Shown: positions 20,890 to 29,897, counted from the first letter of the stretch. The stretch: DNA of 64,000 nucleotides from Candidatus Undinarchaeales archaeon (GCA_046483005.1 JAWOEA010000004.1:23323-87322); one strand, 5' to 3'. Numbers and translations: made by a program. Notes: generated from the letters alone by a model not told the origin.

Positions 20890-21950
20890 CTTAATATTTC
20901 AGATAAAGCAAATAAAGTTCTTTCAAGTTCCTCTCTGCCTACTTCTCCCATATGTCCTATTCTGAACATCTTTCCCTTCATGTGCTTTTGAGCTCCCGCT
21001 ACAAGTATGTCATAATCTTCGTTCAATCTTTTTCTGATAAATTCTGCTTCGTCGTCTTCAATTGAGGTTAAAGTATTTGAACAAATATCGCAGTTTTCAG
21101 GGAATAAATCAAGACCCATCTCCTGAACTTTTTCTCTGCAGTAGTCTGCGTTTTTCTTATGTCTCTCAATTCGATTGTCAATTCCTTCTTCTTCAATTAT
21201 ATCAAGTGCAACTTCTAAGCCGTAAAGTGTTGAGATTGCAGGAGTCCAGGGAGGTTTAGGATATTTCTTTTTGAATTTCATTAAATTGTTGTAATATACA
21301 TTTCTCTCAGAAGTTTCAACTGCCTTCCATGCCTTTTCTGAAACTGAAACAAATGCAAGGCCCGGCGGCATTGAAAAACATTTCTGGGAGCCTGAAACAC
21401 AGATGTCAACATTCCAGTCGTCGACTTTTACCTCATCTCCTGCAAGGCAGGAAATTGTGTCAACGCAGAGTAAAGTTTCAGAGTCCTTTGTCATTTCTCC
21501 TATTTCCCAGATAGGATTTAAAACTCCTGTGCTGGTTTCATTCTGGACGACTGTTATTGCTTTGGTATCTTCTTTCAAAGCATCTTTAATTTTTCCTGTA
21601 TCTATTTCTTTTCCCCATTCATAGTCAATTTCAGTTACATCAGCTCCAAACGCTTTTGCAATATCTCTGTATCTTTCCGAAAATTTTCCTGAAACTACAG
21701 AAACTACATGATCTCCCGGAGAAATGGTGCTTGCAATTGAAGCCTCCATTCCGGCTGTTCCTGAGCCGGCCATGATAAAAGTATCATTGTCAGTTTTGAA
21801 AATTGGTTTTAATCTTTCTGAACTTTCTCTTACAAAATCTGTAAATTCAGGCGTTCTATGATGTATAATGGGCTGAGACATTGCCTTCAGTACTTTATCG
21901 GGCACTACTGTCGGTCCGGGCGTCATTAAAAGTTTGGGTTTCATATCCAT
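20886..21950 (-). CDS. Class V aminotransferase (probable phosphoserine aminotransferase)
   Basis: TPGPT, NETSTGV, SGSQK (PLP lysine), FRIGHMG. Confidence 0.9.
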   Translation of the reverse strand: MDMKPKLLMTPGPTVVPDKVLKAMSQPIIHHRTPEFTDFVRESSERLKPIFKTDNDTFIMAGSGTAGMEASIASTISPGDHVVSVVSGKFSERYRDIAKAFGADVTEIDYEWGKEIDTGKIKDALKEDTKAITVVQNETSTGVLNPIWEIGEMTKDSETLLCVDTISCLAGDEVKVDDWNVDICVSGSQKCFSMPPGLAFVSVSEKAWKAVETSERNVYYNNLMKFKKKYPKPPWTPAISTLYGLEVALDIIEEEGIDNRIERHKKNADYCREKVQEMGLDLFPENCDICSNTLTSIEDDEAEFIRKRLNEDYDILVAGAQKHMKGKMFRIGHMGEVGREELERTLFALSEILR

Positions 21951-21990
21951 ATGCGATTAATTGAAGCAAGGGGTTTATTTAGTTTATTAC

Positions 21991-23265
21991 TTATTCAGGT
22001 TTAATTTTTTTAAAACCAGTATATTTTTGAAGTTTTTTTGGAACTTTTACTGAACCGTCAGACTGCTGGAAATTCTCCAGAAGTGAAACTATTGTTCTGC
22101 TTGTTGCAAATGCAGTGCTGTTGAGGGTATGAATCGGTTTCGGTTTATCATTTGGTTTTATTCTGTATCTGCATTTTAATCTTCTTGCCTGATAATCAGT
22201 ACAGTTTGAGCATGAAATTACTTCCCTGTATTTTTTCTGAGCGGGCATCCAGGCCTCAATGTCATATTTTTTTGCTGCAGTATTACCAATATCACCGGTA
22301 CAAACATTTACTACACGGTAGGGCAAGCTGAGCCCTTTTACAAGCTCTTCTGCGCAATTTAAGAGAAAATCATGCTCGCTCCAGCTTTCTGCAGGCTTGC
22401 TAAAGGTAAACATTTCGACCTTGTTAAACTGGTGAACTCTGAAGATTCCTTTCGTATCTTTTCCGTGAGTTCCCGCTTCAGTTCGGTAGCATGGAGAGAA
22501 GCCGGCATACCTTTCAGGAAGCTGATCTGCGGATAGAATTTCATCATAATGCATTCCTGCAATTGCATGCTCGCTTGTTAAAGTTAAGTATAAATCTTCA
22601 TCTTCTATTTTGTAAATTTCTTTTCTGGACATTGGAAGCATTCCAACGCCGTACATTATTCCTTCCCTTACCATGTTTGGCGGGATTACTCTTTTGAAAC
22701 CTTTTTTTGAAAGAAAATCAAGAGCATAATTGATTAAAGCCATTTCAAGGGCCACGCCTTTTCCGAGCATATAGTAAAATCTAGCTCCTGATGTTTTTGC
22801 GGCGCTTTCAACATCAAATAAATTTAAGGTCTTGCCAAGTTCGATATGGTTTTTTGGTTTGAAACCAAACTTAGGTGTTTTTCCGACTTTTCTTATTTCC
22901 TTGTTGTCGGTTTCGTCCTCTCCTTGTGGTACAGATTCATGAAGAATATTTGGGATTTTTGAAAGTAATTTGTCCCTTTTTTCTTTTCTTTTGTCTGCTT
23001 TTTCAACTACAGATCCAATGTCTTTTGTTAGTTTCTGCATTTCCTTGATCTTCTTTTTTGCAGGCTTTCCTTTCTTTTTCTGTTCGGAGATTTCAAGGCT
23101 TACCTTGTTCTTTTTATGTTTCAGATTATCCCTTTTCTTAACTAGAGTTCTCCACTTGTTATCGTGTTTAAGGACGTTGTCAATTATTTCAAGACCTTCG
23201 CCTCTTCTCCTTTGAGAGTCTTTAACTAGTTCAGGATTTTCCCTCAAGAGGTTTATATCAATCAT
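21991..23265 (-). CDS. serS: Seryl-tRNA synthetase
   Basis: N-terminal coiled coil, TSE, RVHQFNKVE, SCSNCTDYQARR. Confidence 0.98.
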   Translation of the reverse strand: MIDINLLRENPELVKDSQRRRGEGLEIIDNVLKHDNKWRTLVKKRDNLKHKKNKVSLEISEQKKKGKPAKKKIKEMQKLTKDIGSVVEKADKRKEKRDKLLSKIPNILHESVPQGEDETDNKEIRKVGKTPKFGFKPKNHIELGKTLNLFDVESAAKTSGARFYYMLGKGVALEMALINYALDFLSKKGFKRVIPPNMVREGIMYGVGMLPMSRKEIYKIEDEDLYLTLTSEHAIAGMHYDEILSADQLPERYAGFSPCYRTEAGTHGKDTKGIFRVHQFNKVEMFTFSKPAESWSEHDFLLNCAEELVKGLSLPYRVVNVCTGDIGNTAAKKYDIEAWMPAQKKYREVISCSNCTDYQARRLKCRYRIKPNDKPKPIHTLNSTAFATSRTIVSLLENFQQSDGSVKVPKKLQKYTGFKKIKPE

Positions 23266-23322
23266 CTTAAAAATAGATAGGATTAGAGAATTTAATAAAG
23301 TTTCTGAGTGGGAGAAATAGGA

Positions 23323-23787
23323 CTAGTAATTTGGAGTTATGAAAGTATGGTCAAATTTATCAGATTGAGAATCTAAAAATGCACCCCATGTTTCATCAAT
23401 AGGTTTAATATATCTTTTTTCAGTTAGGTATTTGTGGGCTTTTCTCTGTCTTTCAGCTTTCTTTGTTTTGTAATTCAAATCAAATTTAATAGAATAAACA
23501 AGTTTTCGAGTAATTTTTTCTGGTTCGTTAGTTCTTTTAAAATCAAGAACAAGCTCTAGATTTTTATATACTTCAAGACGTACTTTCTTTCCGGACGGAG
23601 GAATTTCTTTTACTTTCTTAAGAAATTCATTGAATTTCTTTTTTGCTTTGCCGCCCCATGCATCTTCCATTGGCTCCTTTAGAACTTTTTTATAATATGA
23701 TTTAAAAAAGTCAATCAAATGATTTCGTATAGAAATGAATGTCTTGTCTTCGTCTTTTTTAATTAGTTCAATTGTAATTTTGGCCAT
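23323..23787 (-). CDS. Hypothetical protein
   Basis: 154-aa ORF filling the serS-pepA gap. No recognisable motif. Confidence 0.65.
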   Translation of the reverse strand: MAKITIELIKKDEDKTFISIRNHLIDFFKSYYKKVLKEPMEDAWGGKAKKKFNEFLKKVKEIPPSGKKVRLEVYKNLELVLDFKRTNEPEKITRKLVYSIKFDLNYKTKKAERQRKAHKYLTEKRYIKPIDETWGAFLDSQSDKFDHTFITPNY

Positions 23788-23840
23788 ATAAACGATTAAT
23801 TAACAAAATAATTTAAATAATTGTCCCTTTGTTAAAACGA

Positions 23841-25328
23841 TTACCAGTTCTCAAGGACTTCTGTAATCAGCCTTACGCCGTAGCCAGTTGCTCCCTTGCT
23901 TGCATATGGTTTTGGGTTCTTTGTTTTTTCAATATAGGCAGTTCCCGCAATGTCTAAGTGCGCCCAATTTGTATTTTCCGGAACAAAATTTTCAAGGAAA
24001 GCTGCTGCAGTAATTGCTCCTGCTCCCTCTTCCCCGATGTTTTTAACATCGGCTACATCCGATTTAAGCTGTTTTTTGTATTCCTTCCAAAGAGGAAGCT
24101 GCCATACTTTTTCAGATGTCTGCTCTGCGGCATCTTCTATTTTTTTGAGAAGTTTCTTATTGTTCCCAAGAAGTCCGGCTGCTACATAACCAAGAGCTAC
24201 AACACAGGAACCAGTTAATGTTGCCATGTCAATGATTGCCTCAGGCTTGTATTTTTTGGAATATGCAAGAGTGTCCGCCATAATAAGTCTTCCCTCTGCA
24301 TCCGTGTTTATGATTTCGATGGTTTTGCCTGAATGCGATTTTACAATATCTCTTGGTTTCTGAGCGTCCCCTCCTGTCAGATTTTCAGTTAAGGGCGTTA
24401 AACCGATTAAATGAATTGACAGTTTGAGTTCTGCTGCTGCTCTAACTATACCATACACTGCAAGTGCTCCACATTTATCATAATGCATGTTGTTCATCGC
24501 CTTTGTCGGTTTGATATCAAGCCCGCCTGCGTCAAAAGTTACTCCTTTTCCTACTAAGACGACCGGCCCTTTCTTTCCGCCTTTGTATTCAAAAGCAACA
24601 AGCCTCGGTTCTTTTGCTGAGCCGGCTGAAACGCCAAGAATTGTATTCATGTTTTCTTTTTTCATGTCTGATTTTGTCAGCATGTTTACAGAAAGTTTTT
24701 TGTATTTTTTAGAAAGTTTTTTGGCTTCTTTTGCAAGATACTTTGGCGTTGCAATATTTGCAGGAAGGTCCTGCAGACTTCTTGTATAATTAGCAGATTC
24801 TGCGAGGATTTTTCCGCGTTCTGCTGCCTTTTTTACTTTCTTCTTCTTGCCGGGGCAGCCGATTTCAAAGATTTTAACTTCTTTGTCCTCGTCTTCATCT
24901 CCTTTGGTTTTATATTTATCAAATGAATAAGAAGCAAGATACGCTCCTTCTGCTAAAAGAGATGCGAAAGTATCTACTCCTAGAAGGTTAGGTAAGTATG
25001 CAGTGATTTTTTCAGCGCCTTTGCTTTTAGCGTAATTGAAAAATGTTGCTGAAGCCTGTCTTATGTTGTCGGTTTTGTATTCTTCTTTCTTTCCGATTCC
25101 AACAAGAAGAATCTTCTCGGCTGGAAGGTTTCCTAGAGAAGAGATAACAAATGTTTCGTTGAGTTCTCCTTTGAACTCCTTATCCTTCAATGAATCTGTT
25201 ATTTGGTTGTTGACATTGTTGTCCAGAGTCTTAAATCTGTACGGCATGTCTTCGTCTTGATGTAGAAATATTGCAATGACATCTGTTTCGATGTCGTGTG
25301 GTTTTGACTTAATGATTTCTAATTTCAT
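23841..25328 (-). CDS. pepA: Leucyl aminopeptidase (M17)
   Basis: GKGVTFDAGG, NTDAEGRL, HLDIAG. Confidence 0.97.
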   Translation of the reverse strand: MKLEIIKSKPHDIETDVIAIFLHQDEDMPYRFKTLDNNVNNQITDSLKDKEFKGELNETFVISSLGNLPAEKILLVGIGKKEEYKTDNIRQASATFFNYAKSKGAEKITAYLPNLLGVDTFASLLAEGAYLASYSFDKYKTKGDEDEDKEVKIFEIGCPGKKKKVKKAAERGKILAESANYTRSLQDLPANIATPKYLAKEAKKLSKKYKKLSVNMLTKSDMKKENMNTILGVSAGSAKEPRLVAFEYKGGKKGPVVLVGKGVTFDAGGLDIKPTKAMNNMHYDKCGALAVYGIVRAAAELKLSIHLIGLTPLTENLTGGDAQKPRDIVKSHSGKTIEIINTDAEGRLIMADTLAYSKKYKPEAIIDMATLTGSCVVALGYVAAGLLGNNKKLLKKIEDAAEQTSEKVWQLPLWKEYKKQLKSDVADVKNIGEEGAGAITAAAFLENFVPENTNWAHLDIAGTAYIEKTKNPKPYASKGATGYGVRLITEVLENW

Positions 25329-25379
25329 ATATAAAGTTAAGTATAGAAAGTTTTTAAAGTTATTGGGAGAATAAAAGAT

Positions 25380-25829
25380 ATGGAATTTGAAGTTAAGTTG
25401 GTTTCCCCGGAAAAAAAGTATCTTGATGCTTGTTTTAGAGACGTCAAAAAACGACTTAAAGAATATTTAGGTGCTAACTACTGGTTTTTAGCTTATAAAG
25501 AAAATAAAATTGTTGGATTCATAGCTGTGAGAGAAACTGATGACTTTAGAGAGATGGAAGCCTATTCACTACCCATTGACTTTTCACCTGGTGAATTTGA
25601 ACCATTTATTTATGTTGAGATGGCATATGTAAGTAAGAAATTCCTGAAAAAAGGCGCATGGTCCTCATTAAGAAATAAATTAGATGAAGTTGCAGATGAA
25701 AATAAGATAAATGTTATCACAGAAATCGCTAACAATAACTCTTTTTTAATTAAAAAATTGAAAGAAAAAGGATATAAAAAGATTGCAAAAAGCAGAGATT
25801 TCAACTACCTTTTCAAAAAAAACAAGTAG
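25380..25829 (+). CDS. GNAT-fold protein
   Basis: KIVGFI strand, YVSKKFLKKG (degenerate motif A), terminal KGY. Confidence 0.6.
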   Translation: MEFEVKLVSPEKKYLDACFRDVKKRLKEYLGANYWFLAYKENKIVGFIAVRETDDFREMEAYSLPIDFSPGEFEPFIYVEMAYVSKKFLKKGAWSSLRNKLDEVADENKINVITEIANNNSFLIKKLKEKGYKKIAKSRDFNYLFKKNK

Positions 25830-25862
25830 CTTGCCTGATGCCGATTCTTAAAAAAACAAAGA

Positions 25863-26120
25863 TTTGTGAGGAGAAATGTTTCGGTCAAGTCTCACATTTC
25901 AGCTGAAAAACAGCAGAAAACTCTCCAAAAATGAAAAAATTAACCCTCACATTCCGGTTTTTCCGGCGTAAAAAGCTGCCGGGACCCACAGAACTTGTTC
26001 AAACTCAATTTTTGGTTCTAAAAGAAGTCTCACATTTGAGCATTTTGAGCACAAAAATAACATATCTGCTGTTTCTGGGCCTATTTTCGGTTTTCAGACA
26101 GAAAAATTAAATCTCACATG
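25863..26120. repeat. Left arm of oriented CTCACA boxes
   Basis: TGTGAG at 25865, then CTCACA at 25891, 25946, 26029, 26113. The 13-mer AAGTCTCACATTT occurs at 25887 and 26025. Confidence 0.8.
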
Positions 26121-26279
26121 AGTTGTTCAGAAAAATTTTCGGATATTTTCTTAAAAATTATGTAAACTATGTAGTGGACGTGTCGTATTGTCGATAGATA
26201 TTGATTTTTAAGATATGTCTACTCGTCGCCTGACATGTAAACTCGCAAGATATATAAACTTTGAAAATAAAGGAAGAAC

Positions 26280-26825
26280 ATGGATCTGCTAAAAGCTATC
26301 GGTTTAAAGAAAAAAAAGAAAAAGAAAAAGTCCAAAAAGAAGAAAAAAACGTCAACTAAATCCAAAAAGAAAAGTAAAAGCAAGAGCAAGAAAGAAAGTA
26401 AACAGAAAAAACAAGTTGAAGATCCGGTTATGACAGTTTCCCGTCAGCTGACCAACATACGACGCGACTTACAGGACATGGACTCAGTTGTGCGTAACGG
26501 TTTTCAGGGACTTAGAGCAGACCACCATAGAATTCTTGAAGAGCAGTTCGATAAAGAAGACCTGGAAGAGTTCAAAAAATGGACCGAAAAAAGAAAACTC
26601 ACATTAAAGCAGATAAAAGGAAAGGTTGAAGACGAGCTTGAGATGATCGAAATCGACCGGAAGGTCCTTGATTTGATTGAAAAAGAAAAAAAGAGATCTG
26701 CTGAAATTGCAGAGGAACTAGAAATAAGCAGACAGTACGCTTCCGAAAGACTGAACGAATTAATCGACCAGAAACTTGTCAAAAGAGTGAAAAAAGGCAG
26801 AAAGGTCTACTACAAAGCAAGCTAG
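26280..26825 (+). CDS. Winged-helix protein with basic N-terminal tract and central coiled coil
   Basis: C-terminal SAEIAEELEISRQYASERLNEL...LVKRVKKGRKVYY wHTH. Heptad-like middle, poly-Lys N-terminus. Confidence 0.85.
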   Translation: MDLLKAIGLKKKKKKKKSKKKKKTSTKSKKKSKSKSKKESKQKKQVEDPVMTVSRQLTNIRRDLQDMDSVVRNGFQGLRADHHRILEEQFDKEDLEEFKKWTEKRKLTLKQIKGKVEDELEMIEIDRKVLDLIEKEKKRSAEIAEELEISRQYASERLNELIDQKLVKRVKKGRKVYYKAS

Positions 26826-26889
26826 TGGTTTTATACAGGAAACAAAGACCAGGTAAAAGTTTTTAAAGCTGTTTGACTTACTGGGAAGC

Positions 26890-27405
26890 ATGGCAAAGAG
26901 CAAAAAATTCTGGAAACTGTTGATAATCAATACCTTGGACAGTATTCAGGAGATTGATACTGTTGTTGAGGGACTTGTTGTCGGTATTTTTGGTATTTTG
27001 CTTGGCATCGCCGGTTTCTGCTATTTTGGGTACATCGGATTAACATTGTCTGCAGAGATTTCCTTGCTAGCGGTTTTTGCATATCTAGCAGTTAGTTTCT
27101 ATCATATTTACGCTTATGAAAGAGACAAGAAAAGAGCAGACGGGTCAATAGGAAGAGTTGTTGAAAGGAGTGCAGAAATATTGATTCTCTTGATAGCGAT
27201 TATGGTTTTTTATGTTTTGATTTTTGAGCAGATATTAACCGTAAGAAGTATTGCGGATTTGGTCAGAAATTCAAGAGGATTAATGGCAGTAATGATGAAA
27301 AGTCTGCCTGGGCTTGCGGTTTTAGTCGTTCCTTTATTTGGCTGGGAATGGTTTGCTGAAAAGACTCCAACAGACGATATTTTGAAAAAGGTGTTTAAGA
27401 AATGA
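26890..27405 (+). CDS. Four-TM membrane protein
   Basis: Four hydrophobic segments. ATGA overlap with the next gene. Confidence 0.8.
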   Translation: MAKSKKFWKLLIINTLDSIQEIDTVVEGLVVGIFGILLGIAGFCYFGYIGLTLSAEISLLAVFAYLAVSFYHIYAYERDKKRADGSIGRVVERSAEILILLIAIMVFYVLIFEQILTVRSIADLVRNSRGLMAVMMKSLPGLAVLVVPLFGWEWFAEKTPTDDILKKVFKK

Positions 27406-27677
27406 ACAACACTACTGAAACCATTCAAAATGTTGAGAAAACTGTCAGTTTAATTGATAAAATCGCACACTATCTCGGTAGTTTATCTGACTTGGCAAGC
27501 AAAGGTAATGCATACATGCAGGCTCTCGGACTGAGCCAGACGCAGTCCTATGCAGTTATTGCAATAATTGCACTGGTTGCCCTGCTCGGAGTGTTTAAAT
27601 TTTTGAAAATCATTACCAAGGTCTTGATTTTTGGACTAGTTATTTGGATTATTTTAAGCTTAGTTGGAATTTTGTAG
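27402..27677 (+). CDS. Small membrane protein, paralog A
   Basis: Two TM helices joined by LKIITKVLIF. Confidence 0.8.
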   Translation: MNNTTETIQNVEKTVSLIDKIAHYLGSLSDLASKGNAYMQALGLSQTQSYAVIAIIALVALLGVFKFLKIITKVLIFGLVIWIILSLVGIL

Positions 27678-27745
27678 ACCGAAAGATATAGAAAGGAAAA
27701 AGACCACTAATTTTCCCGGAGGGAGAAAGGCAGTGATATAGGCAG

Positions 27746-28009
27746 ATGGAAATAACTACTCTGCTCTGGATCTTAGAACTTATTAGCAGTATTATGGCTG
27801 CTATTGCTGGTTTTATTGGCTGGCTGTTCTCTGCATTTATGGGAATCGGTCTCAGTTATCTGCATTCATCTATTTTAATTGGAATTGTCTTTCTGGTTGG
27901 CTTCTATCTGGTTTTCGTAATGCTCAAAATTGTAACAAAGGTTATGATATTTGCATTAACTCTTGGATTTATTGGGTTATTTTTAGGTGTAGCTGCTGGA
28001 ATAATTTAA
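27746..28009 (+). CDS. Small membrane protein, paralog B
   Basis: TM helices joined by LKIVTKVMIF, aligning with paralog A. Confidence 0.8.
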   Translation: MEITTLLWILELISSIMAAIAGFIGWLFSAFMGIGLSYLHSSILIGIVFLVGFYLVFVMLKIVTKVMIFALTLGFIGLFLGVAAGII

Positions 28010-28518
28010 TCTCTTGATTTCGCTTTTGCTGTTTCAACTATTGATTTATATTCGTTTCCAACTTGTTTAAGAAATATTGAAAATTCAGTGCTCGGTTTGA
28101 TTATTTTTTTATAATATTTCTGTTTCTTCCGCTTGCTTGCGAATTTCTCTCTTTTTACTGAAACCATCCCTACTTTTTTTAATCTTGGAAGGATTATATT
28201 GTAAAAAGTTGCTTTTGAATAGTCATTTTTCTTAATAAATTCACCCAAATCGTCTCCATGCAGCTCGGTTTTTTCCAAAAGTAAATTCATGAAATTAGTT
28301 GCAACTTCATTGTATACTTTCTGATACTTTTCCGGAAAGATCAACTGTATTATCTGCTCCAGTTCTAAACGGACGCCCTGATGGTACTTCCACTCTTTCC
28401 TTAGCTTTCTCAAGTCATTAAGCCATAGACTTTCCTTGCTTGGAACGCCTCTACTGGGCGGGCTCTGTCCGGAATTGGACGTTTCTCTCTCAATATCACT
28501 TTGGTGTGTTTCGGTCAT
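28006..28518 (-). CDS. Uncharacterised protein with probable winged-helix domain
   Basis: YSKATFYNIILPRLKKVGMVSVKRE recognition-helix/wing pattern. Confidence 0.75.
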   Translation of the reverse strand: MTETHQSDIERETSNSGQSPPSRGVPSKESLWLNDLRKLRKEWKYHQGVRLELEQIIQLIFPEKYQKVYNEVATNFMNLLLEKTELHGDDLGEFIKKNDYSKATFYNIILPRLKKVGMVSVKREKFASKRKKQKYYKKIIKPSTEFSIFLKQVGNEYKSIVETAKAKSRD

Positions 28519-28780
28519 TGTTTCTTTATACCTTCGTCAGATATATAAAACTTACCACTATGGTAAACTCTTCAGAGAAAAGAAAAAAGGAGATAATTGA
28601 GTGGGTTTATTATTATGGTGTTGAGTGGGAAATCTCTCTGCTGGGGGCCCGGTTAAACGACTGGTTCGGGAAAATTTAGCTCTATTTAGGAAAAACAGGT
28701 GTTTTTGTTTACCAATGTGGTGTTTAATTAGTAGTAGAATATGAGGAATAAGTGAATAAATACTGCATACCATTTTGGTG

Positions 28781-29065
28781 TTAAATATCTTTCAGAGTTA
28801 GAAGGTTTTCAATGTGGTTTGCGAGCTTATGGCCCTCTTCTGTAAGCTCGATATACTTGGTCCTGCCGTCTTTTTCCGTTTCAATGAGGCCCATTCTTTC
28901 CATCTTCTTAACTAGTTTGGATGCATGAGCATAAGTGCAGTCAATGTGTTTTGCAAGAGAATTGGTATATGGATCTTCCTTTCTTTTTATTGAAACCAGC
29001 AGCCTGGCAGGCATTTTCTGGAAGAAAAGTCCTTCAATGTCGGTTGATTTTATTGAATTTGCCAT
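28781..29065 (-). CDS. MarR-like winged-helix protein (94 aa)
   Basis: Start moved to MANSIK. LAKHIDCTYAHASKLVKKMERMGLI...DGRTKYIELTEEG. Confidence 0.88.
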   Translation of the reverse strand: MANSIKSTDIEGLFFQKMPARLLVSIKRKEDPYTNSLAKHIDCTYAHASKLVKKMERMGLIETEKDGRTKYIELTEEGHKLANHIENLLTLKDI

Positions 29066-29173
29066 CTCAATTGCCGATATGTTGTTCTGATTTATATAGT
29101 TTAATGTATGGTTAATTGTAAATAAATCAGAATTTATTTTAAATCGATAGACTGAGGACATATATTTATTGAA

Positions 29174-29540
29174 ATTTGTGAGAGATAGATTTTTGGTATA
29201 AAAAGGAGTATGAAAGTATGAATAGATGAAAATAGTAGTAAACAGGAAAATGTGAGACTTTCTAACCGAAAGAATTGGGCTAACGAGATGAGTGAGTGAA
29301 AATAGCCGGTCAGGAGCTGTCTTTGAGTGGATTTGTGAGAGGTTGCTGTTCGATTGGTAGGAAATTTGACCGGACAAGTATTTTGAGACAGCAGAAAAAA
29401 ATGGTTTTTGAAAGAGTATAAAACAAGAAAATTAGAAGGGCGCTATATGCTGATTGTGAGAGTGAGTATGAAAGTATGAAAATCATACAGCCTCCCTAAA
29501 TTGTGAAACTTGTCCAGACCGAAAAAGTAAGTCTCACAAA
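29174..29540. repeat. Right arm of oriented TGTGAG boxes
   Basis: TGTGAG at 29177, 29251, 29334, 29455, TGTGAA at 29502, CTCACA at 29533. AAATGTGAGACTT (29248) is the exact reverse complement of the left-arm 13-mer. Confidence 0.8.
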
Positions 29541-29609
29541 AACAAGATGCTGCGCCAGACAAATGGAGGGAGAGAAAAGTATAATTAATAGATTAGAGAT
29601 AAACTTGAT

Positions 29610-29897
29610 ATGAGAAGTAAAAAGCCGGCGTGCCACTTCTGCGGAAGTAAAAAAGTTGTCGTTCTGGAGACAGAGCATCCGGAAAACAGACATCCTGGAG
29701 ACAAAAGATGGTCAGAAGTATCCTTAATTGATATTCTCAGATGGGTTAATGATGAAAAGAAGAAAGTTGACGGGAAAGATATAAGCAGACTTGTACCTGA
29801 TTTTGTAAAAAACTGGATGAGGATAGGAGTTAAGTTTGAGCTCTGTCCGGAATGTAAAAGAATTGCAATTTCGCCGATGAAACAAAAGAGGCTTTAG
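29610..29897 (+). CDS. Small Zn-ribbon protein
   Basis: CHFCG ... CPEC. Confidence 0.7.
   Translation: MRSKKPACHFCGSKKVVVLETEHPENRHPGDKRWSEVSLIDILRWVNDEKKKVDGKDISRLVPDFVKNWMRIGVKFELCPECKRIAISPMKQKRL

Noticed and set aside
29066..29377. N-terminal 104 aa of the ORF-track call 28781..29377, and similar extensions at 276, 31563, 31926, 33129 and 59258
   Set aside because: The extensions run through promoter or repeat DNA or overlap neighbouring genes. Downstream ATGs give coherent proteins.
25865..29538. Tn7/Mu-like transposon (TGT...ACA ends with internal repeated sites)
   Set aside because: No transposase or recombinase inside. The flanks AGATT and AAAAC give no target-site duplication. Kept only as an alternative for the repeat-bounded locus.
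25863..29540. CRISPR array
   Set aside because: Repeats are only 6-13 bp with irregular spacing, and there are no cas genes in the window.
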